Of a DNA stretch of 64,000 nt, positions 9,369-19,695 are shown one piece after another. The stretch lies in assembly GCA_965218395.1 (NCBI GenBank), contig OZ244620.1, forward strand, positions 1,342,930-1,406,929, written 5' to 3'. Every line of letters begins with the position of its first letter. The stretch's first letter is position 1. Source of the stretch: an uncultured Candidatus Binatia bacterium. Its GTDB lineage: Bacteria > Desulfobacterota > Binatia > Bin18. A program made the translations under genes and the position numbers. The notes beneath the pieces were generated by a model. It worked only from the letters and a program-made list of their open reading frames with translations. It was not told the DNA's origin and ran no database searches.

Positions 9369-10412
9369 TCAACTCAAGGCTGCGTTCACCTCCTCGGCCA
9401 GTTCAACCAGAGCAGGTGGGCTGACGATTGTTCCGTCTTTGACGATTTGCTGGTCGGCAATTGATATCGATTGCAGCGACATAACGGCGTCGGGGTGGTT
9501 TTCCCCTCCGCCCGGCATCCACGGTGGCAAACCTAGGCCGACGGCGTTATAGCCTGTGATGCGCTGATCTTCGATGAAGGATTTTCCGGTAAAGCGCGCC
9601 CCCGGATGTAGCCCACAAGAAAAGTGGACCACATAGCCGAATTCTCCACCTCCGGCTCGGCGTAAGGCACGTTCCATCACCCGCCGTTCCGGCCCGCCAC
9701 CGGTCACCTCCTGAATCGTTCCGTTCAGGGCGAGGCTGAGGGGTTCGGACATGGTCGTATAGTACTCATGGAAAACGGTCTCACATTTGATTACGCCGCG
9801 GACCGACTCTAACTCTGGAATCAAGACCACCGTGCCCGGAACAAAATACCCACCCGGCTTCTCGGCTTTGGCCAGCGCAAATCCATCTGGCTCGGCCAGG
9901 GTAAAGGTGACATCCGTGCCCAGGCGATTAGTAATGCGGCATTCCTTACCGCTCGCCTCGCCGACGAGCGCGCCAAAGGCATTCGAGAGGGCAAAGAGTT
10001 GATCGAGCTTGCCCTTGCCCAGCAGGCGCGCTAACCCGCCGCTCCCAATATCGGCGCCCAGGAAATATCGGGTTCGCCGGTTTTGCATCGCCGAGTCAAA
10101 AGCCTTGGACCCGGCCAGATAGGGAAAGCACAGATCAATCCAGACATCACATTCCTGGACTGCCGCCTTGAAGTGATCAGGCAGGTATTTGTCAGCCAAC
10201 GCACCCTGATACGGCAGCTGCGGCGCAAGCACGATCGTCGCGACCTTTGCCCCTGCACTGCAGCACGCGTTCTGGACCGCCTCCACTGCGGGCATGTCAG
10301 TGCTCGTATCGGCCGAGATCAGGACACTCTCGCCCGCTTTGATACACATCATATCCATCGCCAGCACCCAGGCGGCGTGGGCTAACTCCGGAGTAATCCC
10401 GTTGTTCATCAT
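9369..10412 (-). CDS. Peptidase M29/NicX-like metalloprotein
   Basis: IKAGESVLISADT, GTDVTFTL, VHFSCGLHPGAR, ENHPD, IVKDG. Confidence 0.65.
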   Translation of the reverse strand: MMNNGITPELAHAAWVLAMDMMCIKAGESVLISADTSTDMPAVEAVQNACCSAGAKVATIVLAPQLPYQGALADKYLPDHFKAAVQECDVWIDLCFPYLAGSKAFDSAMQNRRTRYFLGADIGSGGLARLLGKGKLDQLFALSNAFGALVGEASGKECRITNRLGTDVTFTLAEPDGFALAKAEKPGGYFVPGTVVLIPELESVRGVIKCETVFHEYYTTMSEPLSLALNGTIQEVTGGGPERRVMERALRRAGGGEFGYVVHFSCGLHPGARFTGKSFIEDQRITGYNAVGLGLPPWMPGGGENHPDAVMSLQSISIADQQIVKDGTIVSPPALVELAEEVNAALS

Positions 10413-10424
10413 GGCGTTTCCCCT

Positions 10425-10625
10425 TTAGTCGACCGGTTCTTTCTCAAAACCAATCCGCTTCATATTGTACGTAATCATATTATGCACGGCGGCTTCGTAT
10501 CTGGAGAACGGCCCGGGCCGATAGGCTTGTGATTTAAAGCTTCGCTGTAAGGACTGGACCATACTGACATCCTCCCCCAGTATCGTATGTAGGAACTCCT
10601 CATAGACCTGTACTTTTTCCTGAAC
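10425..10625 (-). pseudogene. C-terminal remnant of a Rieske oxygenase alpha subunit
   Basis: Hand translation VQEKVQVYEEFLHTILGEDVSMVQSLQRSFKSQAYRPGPFSRYEAAVHNMITYNMKRIGFEKEPVD*; no start codon or Rieske domain. Confidence 0.75.
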
Positions 10626-10646
10626 GGAATTGCCTAGTTTAAGGTC

Positions 10647-10994
10647 TTATTCGCTTGTTTTCGGTCGAGTCTTTTTGAGCCTCCTCTCCCATAGATAGAG
10701 AAGAACCTCCCACAGTTTCCTTTCTACGTCTGGCATTTTTCCCCTACCGAGATACCTGGACAGCAGTATCTTCATATCTCTTGGTGTGAGGTGAAGCTGG
10801 TACCAATGTGTGCTGCCATTAACAGGGCGAGCACGGATACCAAGGAAGAACTCCTTTCTATTGCTATCAAAGCCACAGGTAAGGGTTGCATAGCGAAAAA
10901 AGTCAGGAGAAGAAGAAGATCCCTCGGTCAACTCTTCATCAGCTAAGTAGCGTTCTCCATCATCACGCTTATACCCCCGTCTCCATAACCGCAT
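10647..10994 (-). CDS. Hypothetical protein (lower GC, orphan-like)
   Basis: 115 aa ORF with AAAGGAG RBS immediately after the LLM stop. Confidence 0.6.
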   Translation of the reverse strand: MRLWRRGYKRDDGERYLADEELTEGSSSSPDFFRYATLTCGFDSNRKEFFLGIRARPVNGSTHWYQLHLTPRDMKILLSRYLGRGKMPDVERKLWEVLLYLWERRLKKTRPKTSE

Positions 10995-11010
10995 TATGAT
11001 CTCCTTTCAG

Positions 11011-12051
11011 CTACGCACTTTTTTGAAAATGGGGCATGACCTCTCTGGCAAAGAGACGCATGGCGCGTACCGTTTTGGCCTGATCCACACCGGGGAACTG
11101 CATCCAGCACAGCAGATAATCCATGCCTAATTCGCGCTGGTATTGCTCAATCTCCCGAATACAGTGATCCGGGTCGCCGATAATGAAACGCTCCCGATGG
11201 GTGTCAAAGGTCACGCTCGCCGGGTCCTTGACCAACGCGCCCGTATCGTCCTTGAGCGGGCGAACATTGGCCCACTTGCCGTACATCCCGGCGTGCAGAT
11301 ACATGATGCCGTCCCGGGCCTCTTCCTCGGCCTGGGCCGTGGTCTCGGCCACATAGACCTCGCGAATGACCGGCGTGGCGCTGGCCGTCCTATTGAAGCG
11401 TTGGAGCTGCTGCCGATACAGCCGGTAGTGCTCTTTCAACTCGTTGATATGATGCCGGGGGGAGGCCACCAGGGCCGACCCCCACTGGGCCGCACGACGC
11501 ACCCCACCGCGGGTTGAGGCCCCGATCCAGATCGGCGGGTGCGGCTCTTGGACGGGCTTGGGGGTAATGGACAGGTCTTCTACCTGGTAGTACTGACCCG
11601 AAAACGAGAAGCGCTCGGTCGTCCAGCCCCGAATCATCAGATCGAGCTGTTCTTCCATGCGTTGCTCGCGCCCCGAACGCGGTTCTGCATACGCGGCGAA
11701 CTCCTCCGGTCGATAGCCGGTCGCCACGCCGAAGATAAAACGACCCGCGGCGATATTATCGAGCACGGCTACATCCTCGGCGGTCTGGACCGGTCGATGG
11801 AGCGGCAGGAGATACATGCTCGTCCCGATGGTGAGCTTTGATGTCCGCGCGGCCATGGCCGCCGCGGTCACCAAAAGCGAGGGGCAGATACCGTCTTCCA
11901 GAAAGTGGTGCTCAACCAGCCAGGCCGACTCGAACCCAAGCTCTTCGGCGATGACAATCTGGTCCAGCATCTCGCGATAGAGCTGAGCGTGGGTTTGGCC
12001 GGAGCCTGGCCGGATCTGCATAGAGAACGGACCGATCCCGAATCGCATCAT
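11011..12051 (-). CDS. LLM class flavin-dependent oxidoreductase
   Basis: SAWLVEHHF, PVQTAED, PHPPIWIG, LFAREVMP. Confidence 0.9.
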   Translation of the reverse strand: MMRFGIGPFSMQIRPGSGQTHAQLYREMLDQIVIAEELGFESAWLVEHHFLEDGICPSLLVTAAAMAARTSKLTIGTSMYLLPLHRPVQTAEDVAVLDNIAAGRFIFGVATGYRPEEFAAYAEPRSGREQRMEEQLDLMIRGWTTERFSFSGQYYQVEDLSITPKPVQEPHPPIWIGASTRGGVRRAAQWGSALVASPRHHINELKEHYRLYRQQLQRFNRTASATPVIREVYVAETTAQAEEEARDGIMYLHAGMYGKWANVRPLKDDTGALVKDPASVTFDTHRERFIIGDPDHCIREIEQYQRELGMDYLLCWMQFPGVDQAKTVRAMRLFAREVMPHFQKSA

Positions 12052-12328
12052 ACCCTGCCCTCCTCAGCCTGTGAAAATCACTCAAATTATTCTCCTCCGA
12101 ACAAGGACTGTCAATGTTTGGAGAGGCCGCAGCCGGTTCTCGAATCAGCGGTGCAGCGTGAGGGCTAGCCAGGAATGAGTTGACGGCCATCACCGAGTGT
12201 GCGAGACGGGAAAACAGCCCTGATAGGGGAGGTCGCTGTTATAGTCAGACAGACGGTACCGATACAGATCGACTACTGTGTCGCATGTCCAATGAGCGGC
12301 AAGACCATTTCGCAAAGGAGGGGCAATT

Positions 12329-13510
12329 ATGGACAGTTACCAGGTCATTTCGTCGGACAGCCACATCTTTGAGCCATCCGACTTATGGACCAGCAGAATA
12401 GAGTCTCAGTTCAGAGAGCGTGCCCCACGCGTTGTCCACCGTGCAGAAGACGCCACCGACTGGTGGGTCTGCGAGGGGTTGAAGGGAGTCAGCGGGGCGT
12501 CCGGGGGAGCCCAGACGGGTGTACGATTTGAGGAGCCCGAGAAGGTGAGTTTTACCGGGTCACTCAAAGACGTCTGGCCTGGGAGCTATATTCCCGAGGC
12601 CCATCTTAAAGACATGGAACTCGATGGAGTTGAGGGGAGCGTTATCTATCCCACCCAGGGGCTTGTGCTGTATGGCCTTCCCGATAGTGCGCTGCTCTCC
12701 GCCCTGTGCCGGGCGTATAATGACTGGCTGGCTGATTTCTGCCAGCCGTTCCCACACCGGATAAAAGGCATTGCGATGCTCAACCTTGACGAGGTTCAAG
12801 AAGCGGTCAAAGAGCTCACGCGCTGCGCCAAGCTCGGTCTGGCCGGAGCTATGATTACCGTGTCGCCTCCTGCCGGGCGGCCGTATGATTCAGCTGAATA
12901 TGACCCGCTGTGGGCTGCTGCCCAAGATCTGGATATGCCACTGAGCCTGCACGTCGGAACGAATAGGACAGGGCCACAGGACTCAGCGTTGGATGTCGAG
13001 GATATTCCGCCGGCTTTTTTCACGAATATTGACCACTGGGTACGCATGTCCCTGGCCCATATGATCTTCGGCGGCGTCTTCGAGCGCTATCCGCGCTTGC
13101 AGGTCGTCTCTGTAGAACAAGAGCTATCGTGGGCTCCACATTTCTTGAACCGGCTGGACAACACCTATACCCAACGCCCTCAAGCAAAGAGCCACCACCG
13201 GTTTAAGAACACGCTGCTGCCCAGCGATTATTTCCACCGCAACGTCTCTCTGAGTTTCCAAGAAGACGCCTTGGGCATTCGTGACCGGCACCTTATCGGA
13301 GTGGAGAATCTCATGTGGGGATCTGATTATCCCCATCCCGAGTCTACCTTTCCCCGGTCGCGGCAGATTCTCGAGCAGATTCTCGCTGAGTGCACCCAGG
13401 ACGAGAAGGCCAAGATAGCCGGGGGCAACGCAGCCAGGATATACCATTTCGATTGGGGGGACCACGAGCGACGCAGCAGGGGAGCTAGCGCATTTTACGA
13501 TACTGTGTAG
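12329..13510 (+). CDS. Amidohydrolase_2 family protein
   Basis: ISSDSHIFEP, AYNDWL, SLHVG, MWGSDYPHPE; last codons run into a repeat element. Confidence 0.9.
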   Translation: MDSYQVISSDSHIFEPSDLWTSRIESQFRERAPRVVHRAEDATDWWVCEGLKGVSGASGGAQTGVRFEEPEKVSFTGSLKDVWPGSYIPEAHLKDMELDGVEGSVIYPTQGLVLYGLPDSALLSALCRAYNDWLADFCQPFPHRIKGIAMLNLDEVQEAVKELTRCAKLGLAGAMITVSPPAGRPYDSAEYDPLWAAAQDLDMPLSLHVGTNRTGPQDSALDVEDIPPAFFTNIDHWVRMSLAHMIFGGVFERYPRLQVVSVEQELSWAPHFLNRLDNTYTQRPQAKSHHRFKNTLLPSDYFHRNVSLSFQEDALGIRDRHLIGVENLMWGSDYPHPESTFPRSRQILEQILAECTQDEKAKIAGGNAARIYHFDWGDHERRSRGASAFYDTV

Positions 13511-13587
13511 CCTTGTAGGTCGGGTTAGCCACAGGCGTAACCCGACATCCCGTACTTGTCGGATTACGCTCCGCTAATCCGACCTAC
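13485..13587. repeat. CTAG terminal repeat plus inverted GTAG-REP doublet (REPIN/BIME-like)
   Basis: ctagcgcattttacgatactgtgtagcctt, then gtaggtcgggttagcc..taacccgaca / tgtcggattacgctccgctaatccgacctac; near reverse complement of 23469-23571. Confidence 0.8.
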
Positions 13588-13590
13588 TGA

Positions 13591-13790
13591 CTAGAGCAAA
13601 TCACGATGCTATGTAGCGCGTCTCTCTCCTCCTTGAGGAGTGCGGGCTTCCAGCCCGCATGGCGGCCAGGATGGCCGCCCTCCCAGGCGGGGAGCCCCCC
13701 CCATCCCCTCCCTGGCCGCTTGGTGCCAGCCATTGTCTTTCCCGACGAGCGCGGACTGGCATGGCTACAACTTATCGTGAAACGCGCTAG
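13591..13790. mobile_element. 200-bp MITE-like element, copy 1
   Basis: CTAG at both ends, ~27-bp imperfect TIRs; 8 differences in 200 nt from the copy at 28292-28491 (hand count). Confidence 0.85.
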
Positions 13791-13907
13791 CCCCCGACCT
13801 CTGGATGCTGGATCACGTCCGGCTGGTGCGCAGGGCACACCCTACGGGCTGGTCTCCGGTCCTTTGGCGCCCGCCCGCTCCGCCCATCTGAAAACTGCTC
13901 CAGGCTT

Positions 13908-15380
13908 TCATATCTTGCTTGTCTTGCCCTTCTTGGGTGGACCATAACTCGCCATCAACTCATCGACGAGAGCGTGGAACTCCTCCCACGGGGTCTCCCG
14001 ATACGCATGGCCGCGCACGATGAATGAGGCCCCGGCATAGAACTTCTCATACTGCTGATGCCGGCCTGCGAATTCAGAGCCAACCATGTCCCAGGCCAGC
14101 TTGAACAGCTTCATGCGCGATACTGCGTCTGCCTGGGGTGTCTGAAAGTACGTCTCAAACTGCTCGGCGAGGTGTTCGTCCTCCATGACCGAGATGTCTG
14201 CCGGCATCTGAAACACGCCCCCACCGCACAGGTCACGCAGTTGGTCGATAAACTGAGTATAGTTCTGGGTGCACCAGTCGAGCGCCGCGTACATCATCCG
14301 TCGGTTAAAACACACATAGCCTTCCGGCCAGCGCTCATAGGCGTTGATCTGGCCGTGCACCATGCCGGCAATGGCGCCCTCGACCGAGGCCATTTTTCCG
14401 AGTGTCTCGCGCACGGCCGGGATCTGGGCCGCGCCGGTTGCGTGGGCAACCTGACTACACAGGCCGAGCAGCAGGCGCATCTTCGACCAATACCGCACGT
14501 TGGACTGGTGGTTACCAAAGCAGTGGCTCGGGGTCTTGAGGTAGATGTCCCGCGATAACACCGCGTCGTTATGAACAAAAACTTTCTCCCAGGGCACCTT
14601 CACCTGGTCACACATCACCATGCTGTCGGTTTCGTCATACCGATAGGCCAGCGGTGAATCAAACTCCGAGCGGCAAGCCGCTTCCATGGATTTACGTGAC
14701 CACAGACTCAACCCCGAGGCATTACACTGCACGGCACACGTGATCGCCTCTTTTTTCTGGTCAGGCGACAGGGGAATGACATTCCCTATCCAGATTTCAT
14801 TGGCGAACACCGCGCCCGTCGCCAGCATCTTCATGCCGGAGATCACGACGCCATCGTCTTCCTCACGGACCACACGGAGCGTGGGCACCGGCAGATTCTG
14901 GCGCTGGTAGAACTCCGGGTCTCGGGCGGCTTGGGGCGGCAGCACGGCATAGACGGTGTAGACATCGTTGTCGCGCGCGTGGCGATAATAGGCGAGCAGG
15001 TTGTCCGGGTTCCCGCATGGCGGTGTGAGTTCATCCGGTTTCATGGCCAGGCCGGTCACAAAACTGGCCACGTGGTCGGGCGACCGCCCGAACATCCCGA
15101 ATGTCAGGTCTGCGATTTTTCGATGCCCGACCATCCGCCGCTGCAAGTCATCGCGTGTCCTGGCCCGTAAATAATAAATCGAGTGTCGGTCGCCGTCCTC
15201 TTCATAGCTCAGCGTAGCGCGATTCGCCGGATCAGCCTTCATGTCGTAGATCGCTGCCACCGTACGCGCGGCGTTGCGGAACGCCGGATGGGTGGTGACA
15301 TCCTCGACCCGTTCACTGCCGATATAGACCACCCGTCCGTCCCGCAGGGACTCCAAATGTTCCTGACCGGTCTTCAGCAT
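13908..15380 (-). CDS. 4-hydroxyphenylacetate 3-hydroxylase (HpaB-like) oxygenase component
   Basis: LESLRDGRVVYI, DVTTHPAF, GRSPDH, RYDETD, FAGRHQQYEKFYAG. Confidence 0.9.
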   Translation of the reverse strand: MLKTGQEHLESLRDGRVVYIGSERVEDVTTHPAFRNAARTVAAIYDMKADPANRATLSYEEDGDRHSIYYLRARTRDDLQRRMVGHRKIADLTFGMFGRSPDHVASFVTGLAMKPDELTPPCGNPDNLLAYYRHARDNDVYTVYAVLPPQAARDPEFYQRQNLPVPTLRVVREEDDGVVISGMKMLATGAVFANEIWIGNVIPLSPDQKKEAITCAVQCNASGLSLWSRKSMEAACRSEFDSPLAYRYDETDSMVMCDQVKVPWEKVFVHNDAVLSRDIYLKTPSHCFGNHQSNVRYWSKMRLLLGLCSQVAHATGAAQIPAVRETLGKMASVEGAIAGMVHGQINAYERWPEGYVCFNRRMMYAALDWCTQNYTQFIDQLRDLCGGGVFQMPADISVMEDEHLAEQFETYFQTPQADAVSRMKLFKLAWDMVGSEFAGRHQQYEKFYAGASFIVRGHAYRETPWEEFHALVDELMASYGPPKKGKTSKI

Positions 15381-15720
15381 GGGCGTCTCCTTTCCAACAG
15401 CGCAGTACGAGCCGTGCATAGCACGCTTTGCGGGCGAAATCGCGTTTGAAACTCATAGGAGAGAAACTTTCCTCGCTGAGGCCCCACCAGCAGCAGAGAT
15501 GAGACAGATACAGATTCTCACGAAATCGATTGAATATGAGAGGGGGGGGGGCAGCGGGAGGACGCGACTCACAGCAAGTGATGGTATGTGAGCTAAGGGG
15601 GGAATCTCACTTGACTTTTACCGCCAACTGACCCAGTTTCTCTCCAATAGTTGTCGTTGTCTGGATGAATTCGCCACCACTGAAGAGCGCACGCACGGGC
15701 GCGCGCAAAAGGAACGTCAG

Positions 15721-16917
15721 ATGTACGAAATGTTATCCGGCCTTCGCGTGGTCGAAATGGGTCATATTGCCCTTGGCCCCCTAGCTGCCCAGATGTTGGG
15801 TGACTATGGCGCGGAAGTCATCAAAATCGAGCCGCCAAACGGCGATCTGTACCGCGCCCTCGGAATAAGCCGCAACCAGGGCATGAGCGCCCAATGGATG
15901 GCTTGCAATCGCAACAAACGCAGCGTGGCTATCGACCTCAAGCGGGAGGAAGGTCGGGAACTGCTGCGTGACTTACTGAAGACGGCGGACGCGTTCCTCC
16001 ACAATATGCGTCCACCCGCTATTCGCCGCTTAGGCTTCGACTACGCGGCGGTGCGCAAAATCAATCCCGACATCGTCTACTGCTTCTCCGGCGGCTTCGG
16101 ACAGAATGGTCCGTATAAGGATTACCCGGCGTTCGACGATATCATTCAAGCGTACTCGGGCATCGCTGCTGTCAATAGCCTGCAAACAGGACAACCTGAA
16201 CTGGTCCCCATGGTAGTGTGCGACACCATGACTGGACAAGCGCTCGGGCAAGCCCTACTCGCAGGGCTGCTCAGTCGTCAACTGCACGGCGAAGGAGTCT
16301 GCATCGAAGTGCCGATGTACGAGTTGGTTGTGAGCGCGCTCATGAATCAACACCTGAACGGCGAAGGCTTCGTTCCCGCGGAAGGGCCACTTGGTTACAA
16401 ACGCGTGCTGAACCCATCAAGACGCCCGTGTCGAACGAAAGACGGCTTCATGGTGCATGGCGTCTACAAGGTCGAGAACTGGCACAAGTTGTGCGAGGCG
16501 GTGGGCCGTTACGATTTGCTCGATAGCGGCATGCTAGACGACCAACACACCGTCGCGGCCAACATCTCAACCCTGTACAAAATCATGCTCGAAGAGATCA
16601 TGCCGCAACGCACGAATACCGAATGGGTCGCTCTCTTCAATGAATTGGACATTCCTTACGCTGAAGTCCAGCAGCTGGACACGTTACTGAACGACGCGCA
16701 CTTGCGTGCCGTTGGGTTGTTCGAAGAATATGAGCATCCGACAGAAGGCGCCGTGCGGCAAATTCGCCAACCGATCAATGTGACTGGACGTGACCGCCGC
16801 GGCGACCGGCCACCGCCGCAGGTCGGCCAAGACACCGTAGCCGTCTTGAACGAGCTGTACGGCGATGAGGACCAGGTACGCCAGCTCATCGATGACGGCA
16901 TTGTCGTCGCCAAGTAA
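15721..16917 (+). CDS. Family III CoA transferase (CaiB/BaiF)
   Basis: LSGLRVVE, GAEVIKIEPP, NRNKRS, GFGQNGP, PAFD. Confidence 0.92.
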   Translation: MYEMLSGLRVVEMGHIALGPLAAQMLGDYGAEVIKIEPPNGDLYRALGISRNQGMSAQWMACNRNKRSVAIDLKREEGRELLRDLLKTADAFLHNMRPPAIRRLGFDYAAVRKINPDIVYCFSGGFGQNGPYKDYPAFDDIIQAYSGIAAVNSLQTGQPELVPMVVCDTMTGQALGQALLAGLLSRQLHGEGVCIEVPMYELVVSALMNQHLNGEGFVPAEGPLGYKRVLNPSRRPCRTKDGFMVHGVYKVENWHKLCEAVGRYDLLDSGMLDDQHTVAANISTLYKIMLEEIMPQRTNTEWVALFNELDIPYAEVQQLDTLLNDAHLRAVGLFEEYEHPTEGAVRQIRQPINVTGRDRRGDRPPPQVGQDTVAVLNELYGDEDQVRQLIDDGIVVAK

Positions 16918-16975
16918 ACACATGCGAAGGAATCGAAAGTGGCACAATTCATCTCGAACAAACGGCGCCCATCTT

Positions 16976-17749
16976 CTAGCCCATATTCTTCACCATTCCG
17001 CCGTCGATGTCATACGCCGCACCCGTGATAAAGCTGGCTCGTTCTGAGCACAGAAAGGCAACCAGGTCGGCAATCTCTTCAGGGCGGCCAAACCGACCGA
17101 GCGGAATATTGGCGGTGGCAAAGTCGTTAATCATGCCGTCCGGGTCGTCGGGATTCAACGTCTTTGCCAAACCATCCCACAGTGGAGTCCGCGTCGGCCC
17201 TGGGCAGACGACGTTCACCAGGATGTTATCCTTAGCCAGTTCGTCGGCTAAGGTTTTGCTCAGACTGATGACAGCCGCTTTCGTTGTGTTGTAGTCGATC
17301 AATCCAGCGTTGGGCTGTTTGCCGAAGATCGACGAAATATTGATAATCCGGCCCCATTTTTGTTTTTGCATCAGGGGAATGGCAAGCCGGGAGCAGCGAA
17401 TCACGCTGAACAGATTGATATCAAGATTATCTTGCCATTCCTCATCTGACAGACCCAGCCCCTGACTTAAATGGTACCAGCCAGCATTATTGACCAGGAT
17501 ATCAAGCTTGCCGAACTGCTGTACCGTTGTATCAAAAAGGGTCTGGATGCCTGCCACTTTACTGACATCAGCCTGGACTGCTAGGGCATGCGGACCTAAA
17601 GCTTGGGCGGTGCGAGCTAATTGCTCCTCACCGCGTGCACAAATCACGACGTGGGCCCCCTCTTTGACCAGACGCTGGGCCATGGCCTCGCCCAGGCCGT
17701 AGCTCGCTCCAGTAATGACCGCTACGCGGTCTTTTAAACCAAGATCCAT
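16976..17749 (-). CDS. SDR family oxidoreductase
   Basis: TGASYGLG, NNAG, YNTTK, PLGRFG. Confidence 0.93.
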   Translation of the reverse strand: MDLGLKDRVAVITGASYGLGEAMAQRLVKEGAHVVICARGEEQLARTAQALGPHALAVQADVSKVAGIQTLFDTTVQQFGKLDILVNNAGWYHLSQGLGLSDEEWQDNLDINLFSVIRCSRLAIPLMQKQKWGRIINISSIFGKQPNAGLIDYNTTKAAVISLSKTLADELAKDNILVNVVCPGPTRTPLWDGLAKTLNPDDPDGMINDFATANIPLGRFGRPEEIADLVAFLCSERASFITGAAYDIDGGMVKNMG

Positions 17750-17968
17750 GTCTCCCTCCTTCCGACGTTATTACCTAGCAATTCGGGGTTGCGATAGCAA
17801 ACGATACTGGAGAAGGAGCGCTTCTCATGGTACCTCACATTGTGTTATCTTCGCGCGCTCCACTCATAACTTGACACCGCGTCGAACCATGTTATGCACA
17901 ATCATCATCGGTTCGAGATACATCCAAGCGACCTGAAAACCTCCGGGGATACTGTAGGGAGGAACACC

Positions 17969-19606
17969 ATGGCAAACGGAGCAGTCGAGCACTATGACGC
18001 GGTGGTCATCGGGGCGGGCTTTGGCGGCCTGTATGCCCTACACCATTTGCGCGAGACGGGCCTCTCGGTGCGCGTCTACGACGGTGCCGCCGGCGTGGGC
18101 GGCACCTGGTGGTGGAACCGCTATCCCGGTGCGCGGGTCGATTTTCCAGGCAGCCCCTTCTACTGCTACACGTTCTCGGAAGAGCTCGTACGGGAGTGGG
18201 ACTGGCCCGAGACTCAGCCCGATCAGCCCTCGGTTCTAGCCTATTTGGAGTACGTCGCCGACCGGCTCGACCTGCGCCGCGACATCCGGCTCGAGACCTG
18301 GATGCGCGACGCCCGCTACGACGAAGAGGCGCAGCGCTGGATGCTCGAGACGAGCGCCGGCGAGCGCGTCTCGACCCAGTTTCTGATCTGCGCGGTCGGC
18401 ACCCTCTCGGCGACGCACACGCCCGACATCCCTGGGCTCGACGACTTTGCCGGCGAGTGTTATCACACCGGCCGCTGGCCGCAGGAGCCCGTCTCCTTTG
18501 CGGGCAAGCGCGTCGGCGTGATCGGGACCGGCTCCTCGGGGGTGCAGGCGATTCCCGAGATCGCCCGCGAGGCGGCGCACCTGACGGTGTTCCAGCGCAC
18601 GCCGCAGTACACCATCCCGGTCCGCAACCGCCCCATGGACCCCAATGTGGTGCGGCAGGCCCGCGAGAACTGGGCCGCAATCCGTGCGAAGATGAAGGCG
18701 TCACCCCTGGGCGCGCCATTCGAGGTCTCCGAGCGCTCGGCCTTCGAGGACACGCCCGAGCAGCGCCAGGCGCTCTACGAAGAGCTCTGGCAGAAGGGCG
18801 GCTTCCACATCCTCTTTGGCAGCTATGCCGACATCCTGACCAACAAGGAGGCCAACCGCACGCTGGCCGACTTCGTGCGCGGCAAGATCCGCGAGATTGT
18901 GCGCGACCCCGCGACTGCCGAGAAGTTGATGCCCGACTACTACCTGGGCACCAAGCGCCAGCTCCTCGACAACGGCTATTACGAAACCTTCAACCGTGAC
19001 AACGTCGCTCTGGTCGATCTGCGCCAAGACCCGATTCAGGAGATCAGGCCCGAAGGCGTGCGCACCGCCAACAGCGAACACCCGCTCGACATGCTCGTGC
19101 TGGCGACGGGCTTCGACGCTATCACCGGCGCGCTGGTGCGCCTCAACCCGAGGGGACGCGGCGGTGTCAGCCTTGAGGAGAAGTGGCGCACGCGCTTCGA
19201 CTCCTACCTCGGCATGACGGTGGCCGACTTCCCCAACCTGTTTATGATCCACGGCCCAGGGTCGCCCTCGGTGCTCTTCAATATGCCGCTCGGCGCCGAG
19301 CTCGAGTCGGCATGGATCGGCGAGTGCGTGCGTTACCTGCGTAAACACGGTCTGGGCGCCATCGAGCCGACCCCCGATGCCGAGCAGCGCTGGGACCAAG
19401 AGGTCGCCGGGATCGCCAACGAGACGCTCTACCCCCTCACCGACTCGTGGTACACAGGGGCTAACATCCCGGGCAAGCACCGCCAGTTCTGCGTATACCT
19501 GGGCGGCCCCGACTACTTCCGGCGCCTCTCCGAGGTCGTTGCCCAGGGCTACGAGGGCTTCGTATTTGAGGAGGAACACCGCGCGGAGGTTGCCGCCGCG
19601 TCCTGA
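17969..19606 (+). CDS. Baeyer-Villiger monooxygenase (type I)
   Basis: GAGFGG, GGTWWWNRYPG, FAGECYHTGRWP fingerprint, GTGSSG, ATGFD. Confidence 0.93.
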   Translation: MANGAVEHYDAVVIGAGFGGLYALHHLRETGLSVRVYDGAAGVGGTWWWNRYPGARVDFPGSPFYCYTFSEELVREWDWPETQPDQPSVLAYLEYVADRLDLRRDIRLETWMRDARYDEEAQRWMLETSAGERVSTQFLICAVGTLSATHTPDIPGLDDFAGECYHTGRWPQEPVSFAGKRVGVIGTGSSGVQAIPEIAREAAHLTVFQRTPQYTIPVRNRPMDPNVVRQARENWAAIRAKMKASPLGAPFEVSERSAFEDTPEQRQALYEELWQKGGFHILFGSYADILTNKEANRTLADFVRGKIREIVRDPATAEKLMPDYYLGTKRQLLDNGYYETFNRDNVALVDLRQDPIQEIRPEGVRTANSEHPLDMLVLATGFDAITGALVRLNPRGRGGVSLEEKWRTRFDSYLGMTVADFPNLFMIHGPGSPSVLFNMPLGAELESAWIGECVRYLRKHGLGAIEPTPDAEQRWDQEVAGIANETLYPLTDSWYTGANIPGKHRQFCVYLGGPDYFRRLSEVVAQGYEGFVFEEEHRAEVAAAS

Positions 19607-19695
19607 GCACCTAAGAAAATCAGCCCTGGGGCCGCGCCGTACCGATCAGCTTTCGTAGCAGGACGTGTACGAGAGGGCGCGAGACAGTCAGGGGA

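Noticed and set aside
13515-13587. CRISPR-like repeats
   Set aside because: These are inverted doublets dispersed through the window, with no direct repeat-spacer array and no cas genes.
13584-13947. ORFs 13584-13838, 13606-13947 and 28307-28726
   Set aside because: They are translations of the 200-bp repeat; their similarity comes from the DNA element.
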